From a virus, in IMG/VR virus record IMGVR_UViG_3300031952_000005, positions 1-64,000 of that record: DNA of 64,000 nt. One strand, given 5' to 3'. The position numbers and the translations under genes are program-made. The notes under the pieces are model-generated. The model worked only from the letters and a program-made list of their open reading frames with translations, was not told where the DNA came from and did not search any database. Every line of letters begins with the position of its first letter. Within the stretch, counting starts at the first letter, position 1. Shown here piece after piece: positions 36,301 to 48,200 of this stretch.

Positions 36301-39215
36301 TATACAGCATACTGTGGATTAATCTTTTTTGCTTTGTTTCTTAATACACGAATGTCATCTTCTAATTCTTGCAGTCTATCAAAGTCATTGTCATCAAGTA
36401 ACACTTCATTTCCTTTTCCTACTTGGAATGTAATTTGTTGAATTTCAAAATATTTTTCCTGCAGTTCATTTCTAATGTCTTCAGGCATTAACTCTTGCAG
36501 TTTATAAAATGATTCATTAAATGGTAAAGATGTATTATATATTAACCATCTAATTCTTTCTGTATTAAACGCTTCTTTTTCTTTATACTTGTCAAACAAC
36601 TGTTGTTTAGCAGCATCATGTTCAGGAGTGCCAAATTTAGTATTTACCTCACTTACAAGAACACGTATATCAGCATTTAATTCTCTTAGTTTTGAAGTGT
36701 ATTCTTTATAGGTGTTTTCATATTGCTGACTGTATGGTTTATTAAAAGTAAGATTTCTTCTATCTTCATATTCACCAGTGTCTTTATTGAAAACTTTATA
36801 ATCTCTCCACTCAGATATTGCATCATTTAATTCATCAACAGTAAATCTTTTTAATAACTCATCTCTGTCTTTATCAAATTGCATAACAGCAAGGTCATTT
36901 TGCATATTGTATACAGCACGTGCTTGTCCATTTTTGTACATTTGTGTCATTGCAGATATTGCAAGGTCACTATTAGATGCAGATGCAATACCTTGGTCTA
37001 ATAATAATCCTGAAAATAATGATGTACTATTATAAATATCTTGTGAACCAATGTACACTTGTGAATTTGGATCAGTAACAGCATTAATATATTTCTTTAA
37101 TGCTTCTACGTTAAATTCTATTCCAGTAGTAACATACGCGCGTAAACGTAATAACTCAAGTTCTTTACGTTGTATATTGTCTAGTAGATTTTTATTAGTA
37201 ACATTACCTTTTGTAACTTTTTCTACAAACTCAGGTGATATTAATGATATTAAACTTCCTTTTAATTGCTTGAATAATCCTGCTGCTTTACCAGCTTTCA
37301 TATCCTCTAGTTCTTTTTCTAGTTGTGCAATTTTTGGTAAAAGTGCTTCACGTGTTTGTTTATTTACAGAAGAAAACACTGCTTCACCTGGAGTCATAAG
37401 TATCTTTACACCGTTTAGTAAAAATGCCTCTCTAAAATTAGACTCAATAGTTAAGTGATTTAATTCTAGCCGAGTTAATTTCTGATATACAGGACTGCTT
37501 AATGAAATATTATTTTCTGGATTTTTACTTGCGTCGTTAATAATGTTTTTTAATATTTCAACAATATCGCGTAGACCTTTGGATCTTGAAAATGCTTGAT
37601 GTATTTGTGTAGTATCTGTAGTAAAAAAATCTAGTGTGCCATTTCTAAATGATTTAATTGCTTCTTCTGACAAATCAGATAACTTTTGTAAGTCTTCTTC
37701 AGCAGCTGCTAGTATATTAAAAAAGTTATTTTGATATGCTTTATCTGTATTAGATGACTTTTCAACATACTGATTAAACGTTGTAAGAGTTTGTCTTCTT
37801 GTTGCAAGTAACTCGCGTAATGGTGTAGTGTTCTTACCTTGAGAATCTAACTCGTTAATTCTATTACGAATTTCTTCAATCTGTTGTTTATACGCTTCTT
37901 TTAATGCATCCATTATTCTCTGGTTTTCTTCTGCAGTAGGAGTAAACTCTAGAGTCTGAAAGTTTTTTAAAAGTTTATCTTCAACTTCTTTGTTACCAAT
38001 TGGTATTTCTTTATCGATGGCATCACGATATTCTTTTAATCTTCTAGCAGTTTCTAGTGGTTGTGTAACCCAGAATCCTGTAGTATTAGATGGAGTTACT
38101 GCGTATGTTGCATAGTCCCAGTAGTTATTACCTTGAAATATATGTAAAACCTCGCCTAAGAATTTGTTGTTAGCATCTGTCTGATACATAAGAGCAACAA
38201 TCTTACTTTCTTCTGTAACAAGTCCTATTTGACCAAGCATGTTTTCATATGCTTTTAACTGCAGTGTCCAGTTATCGTATGCTGTTCTATTTAAATTTAC
38301 ATTTTCTAATTCACCAGCCATTCCTTTCTGACCTTTTACAAGATAAGAAGTATTAGCAAGATTTTCAAATGCTCTATCTCTATCTACTTCAACACCAAAT
38401 GGTGTAACAGTGACCATGTTGTGAACTTTTTTAGTCTTAAAGTCAAACACTTTTACTTTACCAGAGTTACTGATAAGAAGTAAATCTAAACGACCAACTA
38501 CAAAGTTACCATTAGCATCTTTACCAGCAAGTGTAATTTCAGGTAATATAATATAACCTTCATCTTTGTTTATAGATACATGTTTTGCAACGCGTGTTGC
38601 CATGTCAAATATCTTTTCTTTAGATAGTTCTTCAATATAAAATGGAGTTCTTTCTAAATACTTCTTGTATGTTTCATCAAAAAATTCTTCAGTAAGTACA
38701 ACTTCAATACTTGAGTTTTTCTTTAATGCTTCTATCTGTGCTTTCTCTAACACATTATGCATAAATGTACCAAACAATTTAAATGCTTCATACTTTAAAG
38801 GATCACCTTTAAACTCAGAAGAACCAATAAATGATGTTACAGAATAAGAAGGTAGTGTATTTCGACCATCTTTGCGTAATTCAATATTCTTTTCTAGAAA
38901 CGCTTGATAGTCTCTGTTGTTTTGCATTAACTTGCCAATTGCCTCACGTTGTGCATTGTTTGCAAATAAACTAATATTTGCTAGAGTAGCTGCTTGTTCT
39001 TTAGTTCTTTCCAGTTTAAATTCATCAGAGTGTCGAACATGTCGCTCATCAGTTTCTTCAACTTTCATACCAGCAATAAGAGCTTTTGCTTCATCAACTG
39101 ATGGAATAATATCTTGATTTAATGTAACAGCAGTTCTTGCAAGAGCTTCATTACCTTCAAATGCAGCAACAAGTGCTTTGAACATTGGATCATTTATGTT
39201 AATACAATTTGTCAT
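33303..39215 (-). CDS. Giant virion cargo protein with an N-terminal PD-(D/E)XK nuclease domain
   Basis: SVTSFI, GTFMH, PE, GRLDLL, FDFKT, LQLKAY; coiled coils; hydrophobic C-terminal segment; directly downstream of the virion RNAP. Confidence 0.8.
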   Translation of the reverse strand: MTNCININDPMFKALVAAFEGNEALARTAVTLNQDIIPSVDEAKALIAGMKVEETDERHVRHSDEFKLERTKEQAATLANISLFANNAQREAIGKLMQNNRDYQAFLEKNIELRKDGRNTLPSYSVTSFIGSSEFKGDPLKYEAFKLFGTFMHNVLEKAQIEALKKNSSIEVVLTEEFFDETYKKYLERTPFYIEELSKEKIFDMATRVAKHVSINKDEGYIILPEITLAGKDANGNFVVGRLDLLLISNSGKVKVFDFKTKKVHNMVTVTPFGVEVDRDRAFENLANTSYLVKGQKGMAGELENVNLNRTAYDNWTLQLKAYENMLGQIGLVTEESKIVALMYQTDANNKFLGEVLHIFQGNNYWDYATYAVTPSNTTGFWVTQPLETARRLKEYRDAIDKEIPIGNKEVEDKLLKNFQTLEFTPTAEENQRIMDALKEAYKQQIEEIRNRINELDSQGKNTTPLRELLATRRQTLTTFNQYVEKSSNTDKAYQNNFFNILAAAEEDLQKLSDLSEEAIKSFRNGTLDFFTTDTTQIHQAFSRSKGLRDIVEILKNIINDASKNPENNISLSSPVYQKLTRLELNHLTIESNFREAFLLNGVKILMTPGEAVFSSVNKQTREALLPKIAQLEKELEDMKAGKAAGLFKQLKGSLISLISPEFVEKVTKGNVTNKNLLDNIQRKELELLRLRAYVTTGIEFNVEALKKYINAVTDPNSQVYIGSQDIYNSTSLFSGLLLDQGIASASNSDLAISAMTQMYKNGQARAVYNMQNDLAVMQFDKDRDELLKRFTVDELNDAISEWRDYKVFNKDTGEYEDRRNLTFNKPYSQQYENTYKEYTSKLRELNADIRVLVSEVNTKFGTPEHDAAKQQLFDKYKEKEAFNTERIRWLIYNTSLPFNESFYKLQELMPEDIRNELQEKYFEIQQITFQVGKGNEVLLDDNDFDRLQELEDDIRVLRNKAKKINPQYAVYMEEFNNLFDFDTSIAYFERKKADAIAKFQEHPELLKKWFEDNQVTVPTSDKEVNGQLVKGWYTVLSDLYEQRAEIFGSDSAVADLIKQRSEILKPHKVAGILQSQFVTEEDAENIADIEAQLESIFEGKTFDMSKLTPEEKQRSTSIKEQINRIASMQLTKSYLRIRDVKIKALYSSKKLLVNAKLTLEKAKDLKDAALITEATKAVIDQENQFDIHEKEFQKWYNLTHEEAYKSILDTEEDIYKRMVAKSFNYQRLPAPSAAAEFMETLPHPKYKIKKLKESSYNPDFLKSPDGIPMPKGIYKDADDVYQIDRSAYKAENISGKYMNIMQDPQLFNFYNKLTKMFFDLQVRTDGKKIGYMVPGFASTTMQNFSREGVIEGAKNRWEQYIDKAWKTHSVQDTVNNTFGDNGGRIRQRFNDQLPENMQSKDAIGCLIKWTTEAHYNIAMQEIAPVGDIFIAGIELLSEDLKKSIQNKAVVTDKDGRPIDMNKRLKELDNVVSILKFERRKFINAQDQSLTYLNRKLTKIVNNVMSYTSFIRIGFDVVNQTKNYVSGNVQAFIAAGGLESDHYSQEDYMWAKGQVYGLGENAFIKNYFGDWGRVSDISKSTMMYRLFNPMQKDYLKYVDEVTGDSSRRLLAKAMNVQELGYLLQDKGDTEIGVTVMYAILNRYKYKTFDIDANGQKVYRKNAEGEEEVIPAHEVYIKDTSGAIVRRADVEYTQEDENRLRNTIYSEMRRAQGNYAKSDQTAFEETVTGKLVFFFRKYVIPQMLNRFGYLRPNYEAGEVAVGYWRAFATAVKYYGPGEVAKHVVLGSKHIMRSNKSKMNDFYSRKVNQAKRDAIMMALFTVLSMMALVYVRKKDDDDEELSFLEGNAIRVLWGVQGETNSMFPVGGGSKEYIKNFTTFTAYTRELNAIMATSSHMLNLMLSMIINGSEEPDEDDGGWKYEIWKDSHYMRQAGGYEKGDAKIMKDFYDLTGIKNFRDIADPNWRIDIMKRNQ

Positions 39216-39218
39216 ATC

Positions 39219-42200
39219 TTATAAACATTTAAGTTTTTCTATAATTTCTTGATTTGTCATTCCTGTTGTTTTCAAATTAGCAGCATAAGCAGCAAACTCA
39301 GTAGAGTAAGTATCAAATGATTTACCAGTAGCACTCTGATCATAAAAATATTTTACCATATCAAAGGTAACATTAATATTCTGAATATCTAAATCCAATT
39401 TTGATGGTGTAGTTGTTTCAAAATAATCAACATAATAATCAGTAGGATCACTTTTTAAAGTTTCTAATGATGTTTTTAAGTTGTTTATTTTAGTTATAAT
39501 ATTTTGTTTTTCTGCAGCATTAACAGCTTTAAAAACAAAGTTATCTACAGAACCTGTTTTTGTGTAACCATCTTTATCTATTTTAATAGTGTATTCTTTA
39601 TTTTTAGCTGCTCTACCTTTTACAATTGCATAATCAGTATATCTTTCAATTTCTAAAACTTTAATTTTATATTCAGAAGAATTATCATCATTGTAAACTG
39701 TAAGAATGCTACCCACAGTAGTTTCAGTTGCTCCTGTAAGTTGTTGTCTTAATGATTCAAGTTCTTTATTAATTTTTTCATTATTAGATTTAACAGTATT
39801 ATATTTTTCTTCAGCTTTTAAAAAATTATACGCTTGTTTAATAGTGTCAAAATCTTTTTGTTCAATTTTATCTTGTAGACTTCTTAATGAAACACCTTGT
39901 TTTAATTGATCTATTGTATATTCTTTAAAAATGCTTTCTAAAGTTAAAATAACAGGTGTTTTAGGTTTAACAGAATAATCTTCAAACATGTCTGCAGTTA
40001 AACCTTGAGTCATTTCTTCTGCAACATCTACTTCTGACACATCAAGTCTTGCTTTTTTATTAACCAAACTTGTGTAGCGTTTTGATTCTGCAACACTGAA
40101 TCCAATAGGACTTATTGTATTTACTGCAAGTTCCATTGGAAGTGCCACATATTTTGCAGCATTACCTACTGTTTTAAATTCACCAGTACCAGATATTGAA
40201 TTGATAACAGATTTACCAAAACTTTGATTATAAATTTGACTGTCTACACCTTGTAACAAAAATGTAGTTTTACCCATTCTTAACATAATAGGAAACTTGT
40301 ACTTGTTCTTTTCATCTTTGTCTTTAAAGATATTTAGTTTTTCACCAATTGCTGCAATAGCACCACTTGTTGTTTCTTCCATCTCATTAGCACCTTTCAT
40401 GTTAATGATAATTTCTTCAAGTTTTTGATCAGCTCCAAATATAGTATCTGTTAGTAAGAAAGATTTTTGTGTTGGACTTAGTGTAAGACCTAATACTTTA
40501 CCAACTATTTCATTTGCAATTGCTGTACGTTCATTAACATCAGTAGTTTTAAAATTAATATTTTTCATAAGTTTAGAAGAAAACCCTTCTGACTGATTGA
40601 ATGAAATAGTATTACTCTTTTTATTAGATGTAGATTTTATCTTTTTATTACCAACTTCTTTTGATGCACCATATGCCATCAGTACAAACAAGTCATCAAA
40701 TAACTTGTACACATCTTCTTGTGTAGCAGGATTGTCAGGAGTACTAATGTAATCTTGTATTGCATCAACTAATTCTTTTTTATTACCTTGTGCATTATCG
40801 AGTATTTTAATAAACTCTTCTATGTTTTTAGATAATGGTATTTGTAAATCTGCTGGCAAATACTGTAAGAATGAACCTGATTTATATTGCAAACCTGTTC
40901 TAGCAAGTTCATGATAAAATAATTTTTTCATAAACAAGTTCTCTTGTTGCAATAAGAAATAAGCATCATCAGCTATGTTATCAGCTAACTCACCAGCAAT
41001 CTTTGCTTTACTTACCATCTCTAAAGTTTTTTCTTGAATGTTTTCTCCATCAGTAGTAAGTACTGTTGATTTACTATTAGACACTTTTAAGAACTGTAAA
41101 AACCTATTTTCAGGATATTCAGTCTTCATTGCATCTAGTTCTTTCTCAATTGAATTTGTAAACCATTGATCTGCTTTAAATGTATTAATTAAGTTTTTAT
41201 CATCTTCATCAAAACTTGCTTGCATAGATGGATTAGTACTTTTTCTACTACCAGGTACAGATATCTGATACTTACGTATAGCAATAAAACTTGTAATAAG
41301 TCTTGCAATATTTGATGAGTCTGTATATACAGTTTCAAATGCATTTTTAATTGGTTGAAAGAAAAGAGTTCTTTCTAAAAATATTTTACCTGCTTGTTCA
41401 TCTAAATCATTCATTGCATCTGCTAATGGAACCCATGCTTGTTTACCATCAAATAATTTATCACTTGATTCTTTAGTAAACATAGACTCACCATTACGTA
41501 GTTCATTGATACTTCTTTGTAATTTATCAAATGATATAAAAGTTGGATTAATTTTCTTATACAAGTTTACTAATGAACCTGCGTTTCTAATACCCCATGT
41601 TTGCTGTGTTTGTTCTTTATATAACTGTAATAATATTACTTTCTGTGCTTCATTAGATAATAGAGTAGTTACACCTTTTATATGAGAAGATACAGTAAAT
41701 CCAATATCTTCAACAGTAAGGGTGTTACTTTCTAGTCTACTTTCATTAAGAGCATTCTGTTGAAAATCAATCATCAAGTTTTCCTTGTTGATTTTAACAT
41801 TACCAGGAAATGAATCTTGTGTAATTAATCCTGCATCTTTTAGTTCATTTAATAATGCTGCATTACCATTGTTTTTGATAAAGTCTTCCATTTCAGTTTT
41901 TAACTCATTAGTCAAAAACTTGAACTCAGTTGATATAGAGTCACTTACTGCAAAACGAGATGCTTGTACTTTATTAATTGCATTGTTAATTTCTGGAATA
42001 AAGTTAAATCCAAATGCAAATGCGGGATCTAATCCAATACCTATCATTGCAAGAGTAACTCCTGTATTTATTTCATTCATTCCAAGTGCTGCTGGAATAG
42101 GTTTTTTCATACCATCTGCAGCAATACCTAATACAACACCATTTAACATGATTACTCGTTGTCCATTTTTGTTTATTACACCAAATTTAAAAAGATTATT

Positions 42201-45200
42201 TTGTGTAACAACTGTACTACCATCTGATTGTAAATCATTACTTGCATATTTCCAAATTACATTATCAGAATTAAGTTCTAATTCATACTGACTTGCAAGT
42301 GCCAAGAACTTCTGCAATGATGCAGCAATACCAATCATGTCTTTGTATGCAGCACCTAATGCTTTAGATTCAATAACTGATGTAATTGTGTTGGGATCAG
42401 ACTTAGGTCCAAAGTTATCAAGATCTCTACCATATCCTGTTACAATACTTTCAAAATATTCTGTAGAAGAAGTCTCGTGTATATACAAGTTTTTAAATAC
42501 TGCTTCGTTAGATAGTATATCTATTTTTGCTTGTAAGTTTTTATTTTGATGTATTGGTAGTACTGACAAATGATTTACAATATTACTATCAAAGTTTGCT
42601 TGGTCTACTGGTAAACCATATTTTTCAAATACTTGCAGTGCTGCTTCTATACGTAATGAACCATTTGCAAAAGTTCTTAATCTACGTTTTTCATCACGTG
42701 TCTTTTTAAGATCTTGATATGTTTCATCAAGTTCAGTTTTTAAATCAAAATGTTCTTTACCAAATTTTCTACGATTTGCTTTTGCAAGATAATCATCAGG
42801 ATCATTTTCTGTATCTTCAATAGATTGAACAAATGCTTGTTTAACTACTTTTTTTTCAGATTTTATTTGTTTAATATCATCTTGTAAATCTTCTTCATAA
42901 CTTTCGAGTTCTTCATATATACCTGAAGTCATTGCTTTAATATAGTCTTCTTGAGTGTATCCCATTGCATACATAACTTCTAGAGCATTTGCACTTACAG
43001 AAAAATTATTTGTTTCAGTTAATGCTTTTCTTTTTGCACTGATCAACTTTCTAAAGTTTTCATCATCTGCCCTGTAATGTATGTACTCAATAAACTTACC
43101 TTGTGCAGGAGATTTATAAATGTTATAGTTACCATATTTTGCGTAGTCACCAACAGCATTTACATAATGAGCAAATGTTTGACCATAAAGTGAGTCAACG
43201 TCAAAGTCAGATCCAGCAAGTAAGTGTATAAATTGTGGTACAATAATACTATTTATGTGAGAACTATCTATATAATCTACCACTTTTAATACAATCATAG
43301 AACGTTTATCCTCAGTAGGAATACGTAATGCAAACATTTCACGAAGATTTTCCATAAAAAAATCTTCTTGTTGTTGACTTCTAAAAAATTGTTTTGGTAA
43401 TATACATTCTACAAAGTATTTTTTACTAACCAGTTCTCCTGCATCATCATATTCTGCTTCTATACGTACACCTAATGGTCTTACTTTTGTATTACGATAT
43501 TTTCCTGGATTATTTCTGTATTCTTCAGTTGTTATTACTTCACCATTTTCATCTTCTCTTACATCATAACCAAATGATGATACGTGAATGTTTTTAAATC
43601 CAGAACCTTTTTCATCTGTTATATGCTTACTATAAAGCGAAAAGAAATAATATTCTAGCATACTTCTTATTCCAGGTAAGTTAGGACTATGAACTGGTTT
43701 ACCAAAAGCATCAACATCAAATAGTTTTAATACTGAAGATGGTGCATTCTGTTGCTCAAGATTTTCTCTTATTAAATCAAATACTTTACCTAAATCAAAG
43801 TCTTCACCTTTACGTAAAAAGTGCTGTAACGACTGCAGATTAGAATCAGAAATATCATAAAGTGACTCTTGATATTTAAGAAGACTGTCACCTAATTCAT
43901 TCATTGCTTTTCTTTCAGTAGAAGACATAATTGTACCCGCCTCTGCATGACGTTTGTTTGCAAGTTCTTCTATGTAATTTAAATCTGCAGGTAATAATAT
44001 TTTACCTTGTACAGAGAATCGTGCAGTGTCATGTACACCAGAAGTTTCTACTTGAAGATACTTGTCTTCATTGTTTACTTTTAATGATGATATATTTAAT
44101 GGTAAGTAGTCATTATCAGCATGTGCAAAATAATCAACAGGAAGTTTTGTAGCATTTTTAGATGCTTCAGTATCCATGATTTGATCAATATTATGATACT
44201 CCATAGAATTTAAAATTTTATGCAATTTTATTCTATTTGGTTCATATTTTGCATGTATCTCAAGATATGTTTTTTGAATTTGTTGTTCTAATTCTTCAAT
44301 ATTACTGCTTACACTACCATCTTTGTTTATCTTATGATGTTCTTGTATTTGTTTACGTAAGGCGTATATAGTCATGTATTTGTCATGCAAATTATCATAT
44401 ACTTGATCACGAGTCATTCCTTCAGGTATAATTAATATACTTACATCATTTCTATCAATGTAACTTTCTGATTGTTTGTGATAAATATTACGAGAAGCAG
44501 TAACAGTCTTTTTAGGATTGTTTACTACTTTGTTTTTTTCCATTTTGAGTACTTCTTCTTCAGTAAGTTCACGATAATGTTTTGCAATTATAGAATGCAA
44601 TATCTCAGGAGTAAGTCTTCCTAATGATTCATGCATATCTGCTTGATGAAACAATGATGAAATACTCTGACCATCAAATACTTTTTGATTTAGTTTAAAG
44701 TTCTCATAGATTGTTTTACGTATTGTTTCATCTGGAATTTGAATATCATCTAGTACTTCTTGTGGAGAATAAAATGGACCATAATTAGGATGTTCTTCAT
44801 TAATATATCCAAACAATGTGTTAAGATAAGCAACTGTGTGTTTACCTTCTTTCATTGTACTACCAGATGCAAGAAACTTTTTATTACGTTTAGTAGAATC
44901 AATACCATCTTTAACGTTCATTGCTTTATCACCTGTATACAATTCATTTACCATTAGTGAATTATACCACTGATTGAAAAAGAAATCTGCTAGTAATCCA
45001 TTTAAATCAGCACGAGATTCTAATACACCTTGTACATTATAGTTTGGTTTTGTATTTGCATAAACAGAAGTAGTACTTACTGCAAGATTGTTATCAATTT
45101 TTAAAGTATCAGCAATAAGAGAAGATGTTAAGTATCTTAACGATGGTTGTTTTGTTTCAAACACTACAGGATACCCTTCTTCTTCAATAACTTTTCCTGT

Positions 45201-48200
45201 TGCAGGATCTTTCTTAATTGCTTTTACAGATTCTTCTTTTTCATTTACAACACCAAGTTTTTTTAAAGTGTTAATGTATGTGTTTAGTTCTTCTAACGCA
45301 AAATCATTTAATCCTTGACGTAAATCTGCAAGTGTACTTTCATCAATGTCTTCAAAGGATGCTTTGTCATCTTTAGCATACTCTAGTAATTTACTAGTAA
45401 GTAACTCATTTTTAGCATTTGCAAAAAAGTATGGTAAGTAATTAAAGTTATATGCTCTTAAATTTTCACTATCAACAGTTGCTCTTGTTTTATCATCCTT
45501 GCTTAGTACACCATTGTAGTTATTAATAAGTTTGTTAGAACTACCATCATCAAAGTTTTTTTTGTTAACCTCTCTTCTGTTCCATTCTTTTTTGATTCTG
45601 TTAAATTCTTGTTTTACTTTTCCTTCTAAATCATTTACAATTTTTAAATTCTTACCATCTTTTACAAGACCATTTTTATCAGCGTATGTTTGATAAAGAG
45701 ATGTAATTAAAAAGTTTGTTTGAGATGCCTCAAGAGTATCAAATGTACGAAGGAATGTCTGGATACTTGTTTTAGGAGTAGTTATGTTACCATCTTCATC
45801 AACAACAGTTTCATATGAAGAAACAGTTGTTCTTTGTAAAAATGATAGTATACTCATTACATGGAATGATTGTTTATCAAGTTTACCAAAAGTTTTACCT
45901 TCCTTGTATGTCTGGTTATTCATCTGAGCAACTCCACCAAACAATGATATGTTAGTATTGTCTAATAGTAACTTAGCAATTGTTGCTTGTTTACTAGTTT
46001 TGTCTTTTAACAAGTCGCCAAATAATGGATTGTCATTATAAAAGTCTTCTAAGAAATCATCATAGTATGGATCAGTTCTTAATGTATCTTTTAATCCTTC
46101 TCTTCTTAATGATTGACCTGTTAAAATTAATGGTGTATATTTCGTATAACGATACACAGGTTTACCAGCAGCATTACGAAATACACTTGGTAAATCAGTT
46201 GCATCATATTTTAATATGTATTTAGCAAATCTAGTAGAGATGTTAAAGAATGCACCTAAGTTTTTATTATTTTCATCAAGTGTTTTTCCAAATGCGTTTG
46301 AACTAATAGACTCATTTATTACTGGATCATATATTGATTTTATACTTCTAAAAAATTGTTTTTCAAGATACGCTTTATCAGCAATCATTGCAGAATTTGT
46401 AGCGTAATGATCTAGTGTCTTCTTGTCTATGTTTTCAAGAGCACCGTTAAGATTGTCAATTTTATCTATTGCAAGAATAGACATTCTGATTAATGATTTT
46501 GGTAATGTAATGCCTACATCTTTAAATGCATTATACAATTCAAATGTCATAGTTTCCAATACTGTATTTGCATTTAATAAACTACCTATAAGTATTTTTT
46601 TATTAATAATGTTTTCAGATAAAGTAACAAGTCTTTTTACTGCAGTTACATATTCAGGATCAGTTCTTTTTTTAGCGTGTGTTGTTATCATAGATGATAC
46701 CATGTCACGTCTTTTCTTTAATGCATCTGCTTGAAGAACTCTATCTGTTAATGTAAAACTTTCAATATTATTACCTGCTTCTTCAATTTCTGCAGTTTTT
46801 AAACGAGCATTTAACATTACATATTCTATTTCAGTACCATGAAGTACATCTATAAACATATTATATAATTCTTTGTTTGTTGATGGATTACCATTGGTAT
46901 CCATTCCTGTGTACTCTTTTAACTGATTGTAAATTGCTTGTAAATCAGCAGCTGCATCAAAATTACCATCTTCTTTATAGATTTTAGCAGTAACTTGCAT
47001 ATTGTTTATAATCTCATCTACTTTGACATCAGCTGATATTTTTAGTAATGAACCAAAAATACTTTCTCCATCAATTACTCTTGGAAATAGTATACCAGAT
47101 TCTGTATCTTCTTTCTCATAACTTATAATACCAAGAAATCTTCTTAATTGTCTTGGAGCTGAGTCAAGTCTGTTGTGCTCACCAAATCCTTCATCAATAT
47201 TTATATCATCAGAAATTTCTTCACCATCTTCAAAGTCTTCATCAACTTGTGACTTTTTTTCATTTTCACCTGCTAATTCTTTTAACAGTGTATTTTTATC
47301 AATTGCTGTACCAGTACCATCCAGTAATGAATATAACTCTTGAGTTTTTTTCTTAACTAGTTTTTTTAATACTTCAACAGATACTTGTCCAAGATTATTA
47401 TCTAAAGGATCTGCTTCATATTGTTTTACTTTATTTGGTAATACTTTACCCTTGTATGCAGCATTGCCTGAGTTATTTATATCATTAACAGTTTCATTAT
47501 TTAACCTTGCTCCTAACATAAATCTATATTGAGAAACAAGATTGCTATATTGTTCAAGAACTTGTTTTTCTTTACCAGGATTCTTTTTAATCAATTCATC
47601 AAGATTATATACTTTTTCAAGTAACAATGTTTGCGCTGTTTTAAATTTTGCATCAAAAGTTTGTCCAGATGTATTTTCAATAACATATTTTGTCATCATA
47701 TATACCAACTGATTTTGTTCAGCTTTTAATAATGTTGTAGGTGATTGACTAACGCCAGATGATGAATACTTGTCGTTAATAATTTTTTTCAATCCAGGTA
47801 TTAACTCATATGCTGCTTGTCCATCATATAATTCAGATTGTATTTGTTCTGATTTATAGTATCCTCTTTTGATATTCTTGTATGTACTGTCAACTAGATT
47901 ACTTCTTTGAGTAAACATGTCAATCAGTTTTTTTAGTAACTCAAATAATTTTGCTACAAGACCTTGTGGTTTTGTATTTTTATTCATGTAGTTTTGAAAA
48001 CCATCTGCAAGAATTTCTTCTGCTTGTAACTGAAACATTTTATCATACTCATACACATAGTTTTTTTCACTTGCAAATTTCTTTAATGCTGCAGGTGTAA
48101 ATGCACTCTTGTGTTTTTTATTAGATGATACTGCATCAATTAATCTTGAACGTTGTTCTGGTGTCATCAAGTATCTAAACACACCATGAAATGCCTCGTG

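Noticed and set aside
39300-39960. Possibly foreign module at the RNAP C-terminus
   Set aside because: The compositional difference is only an impression and needs homologue alignments to support it.
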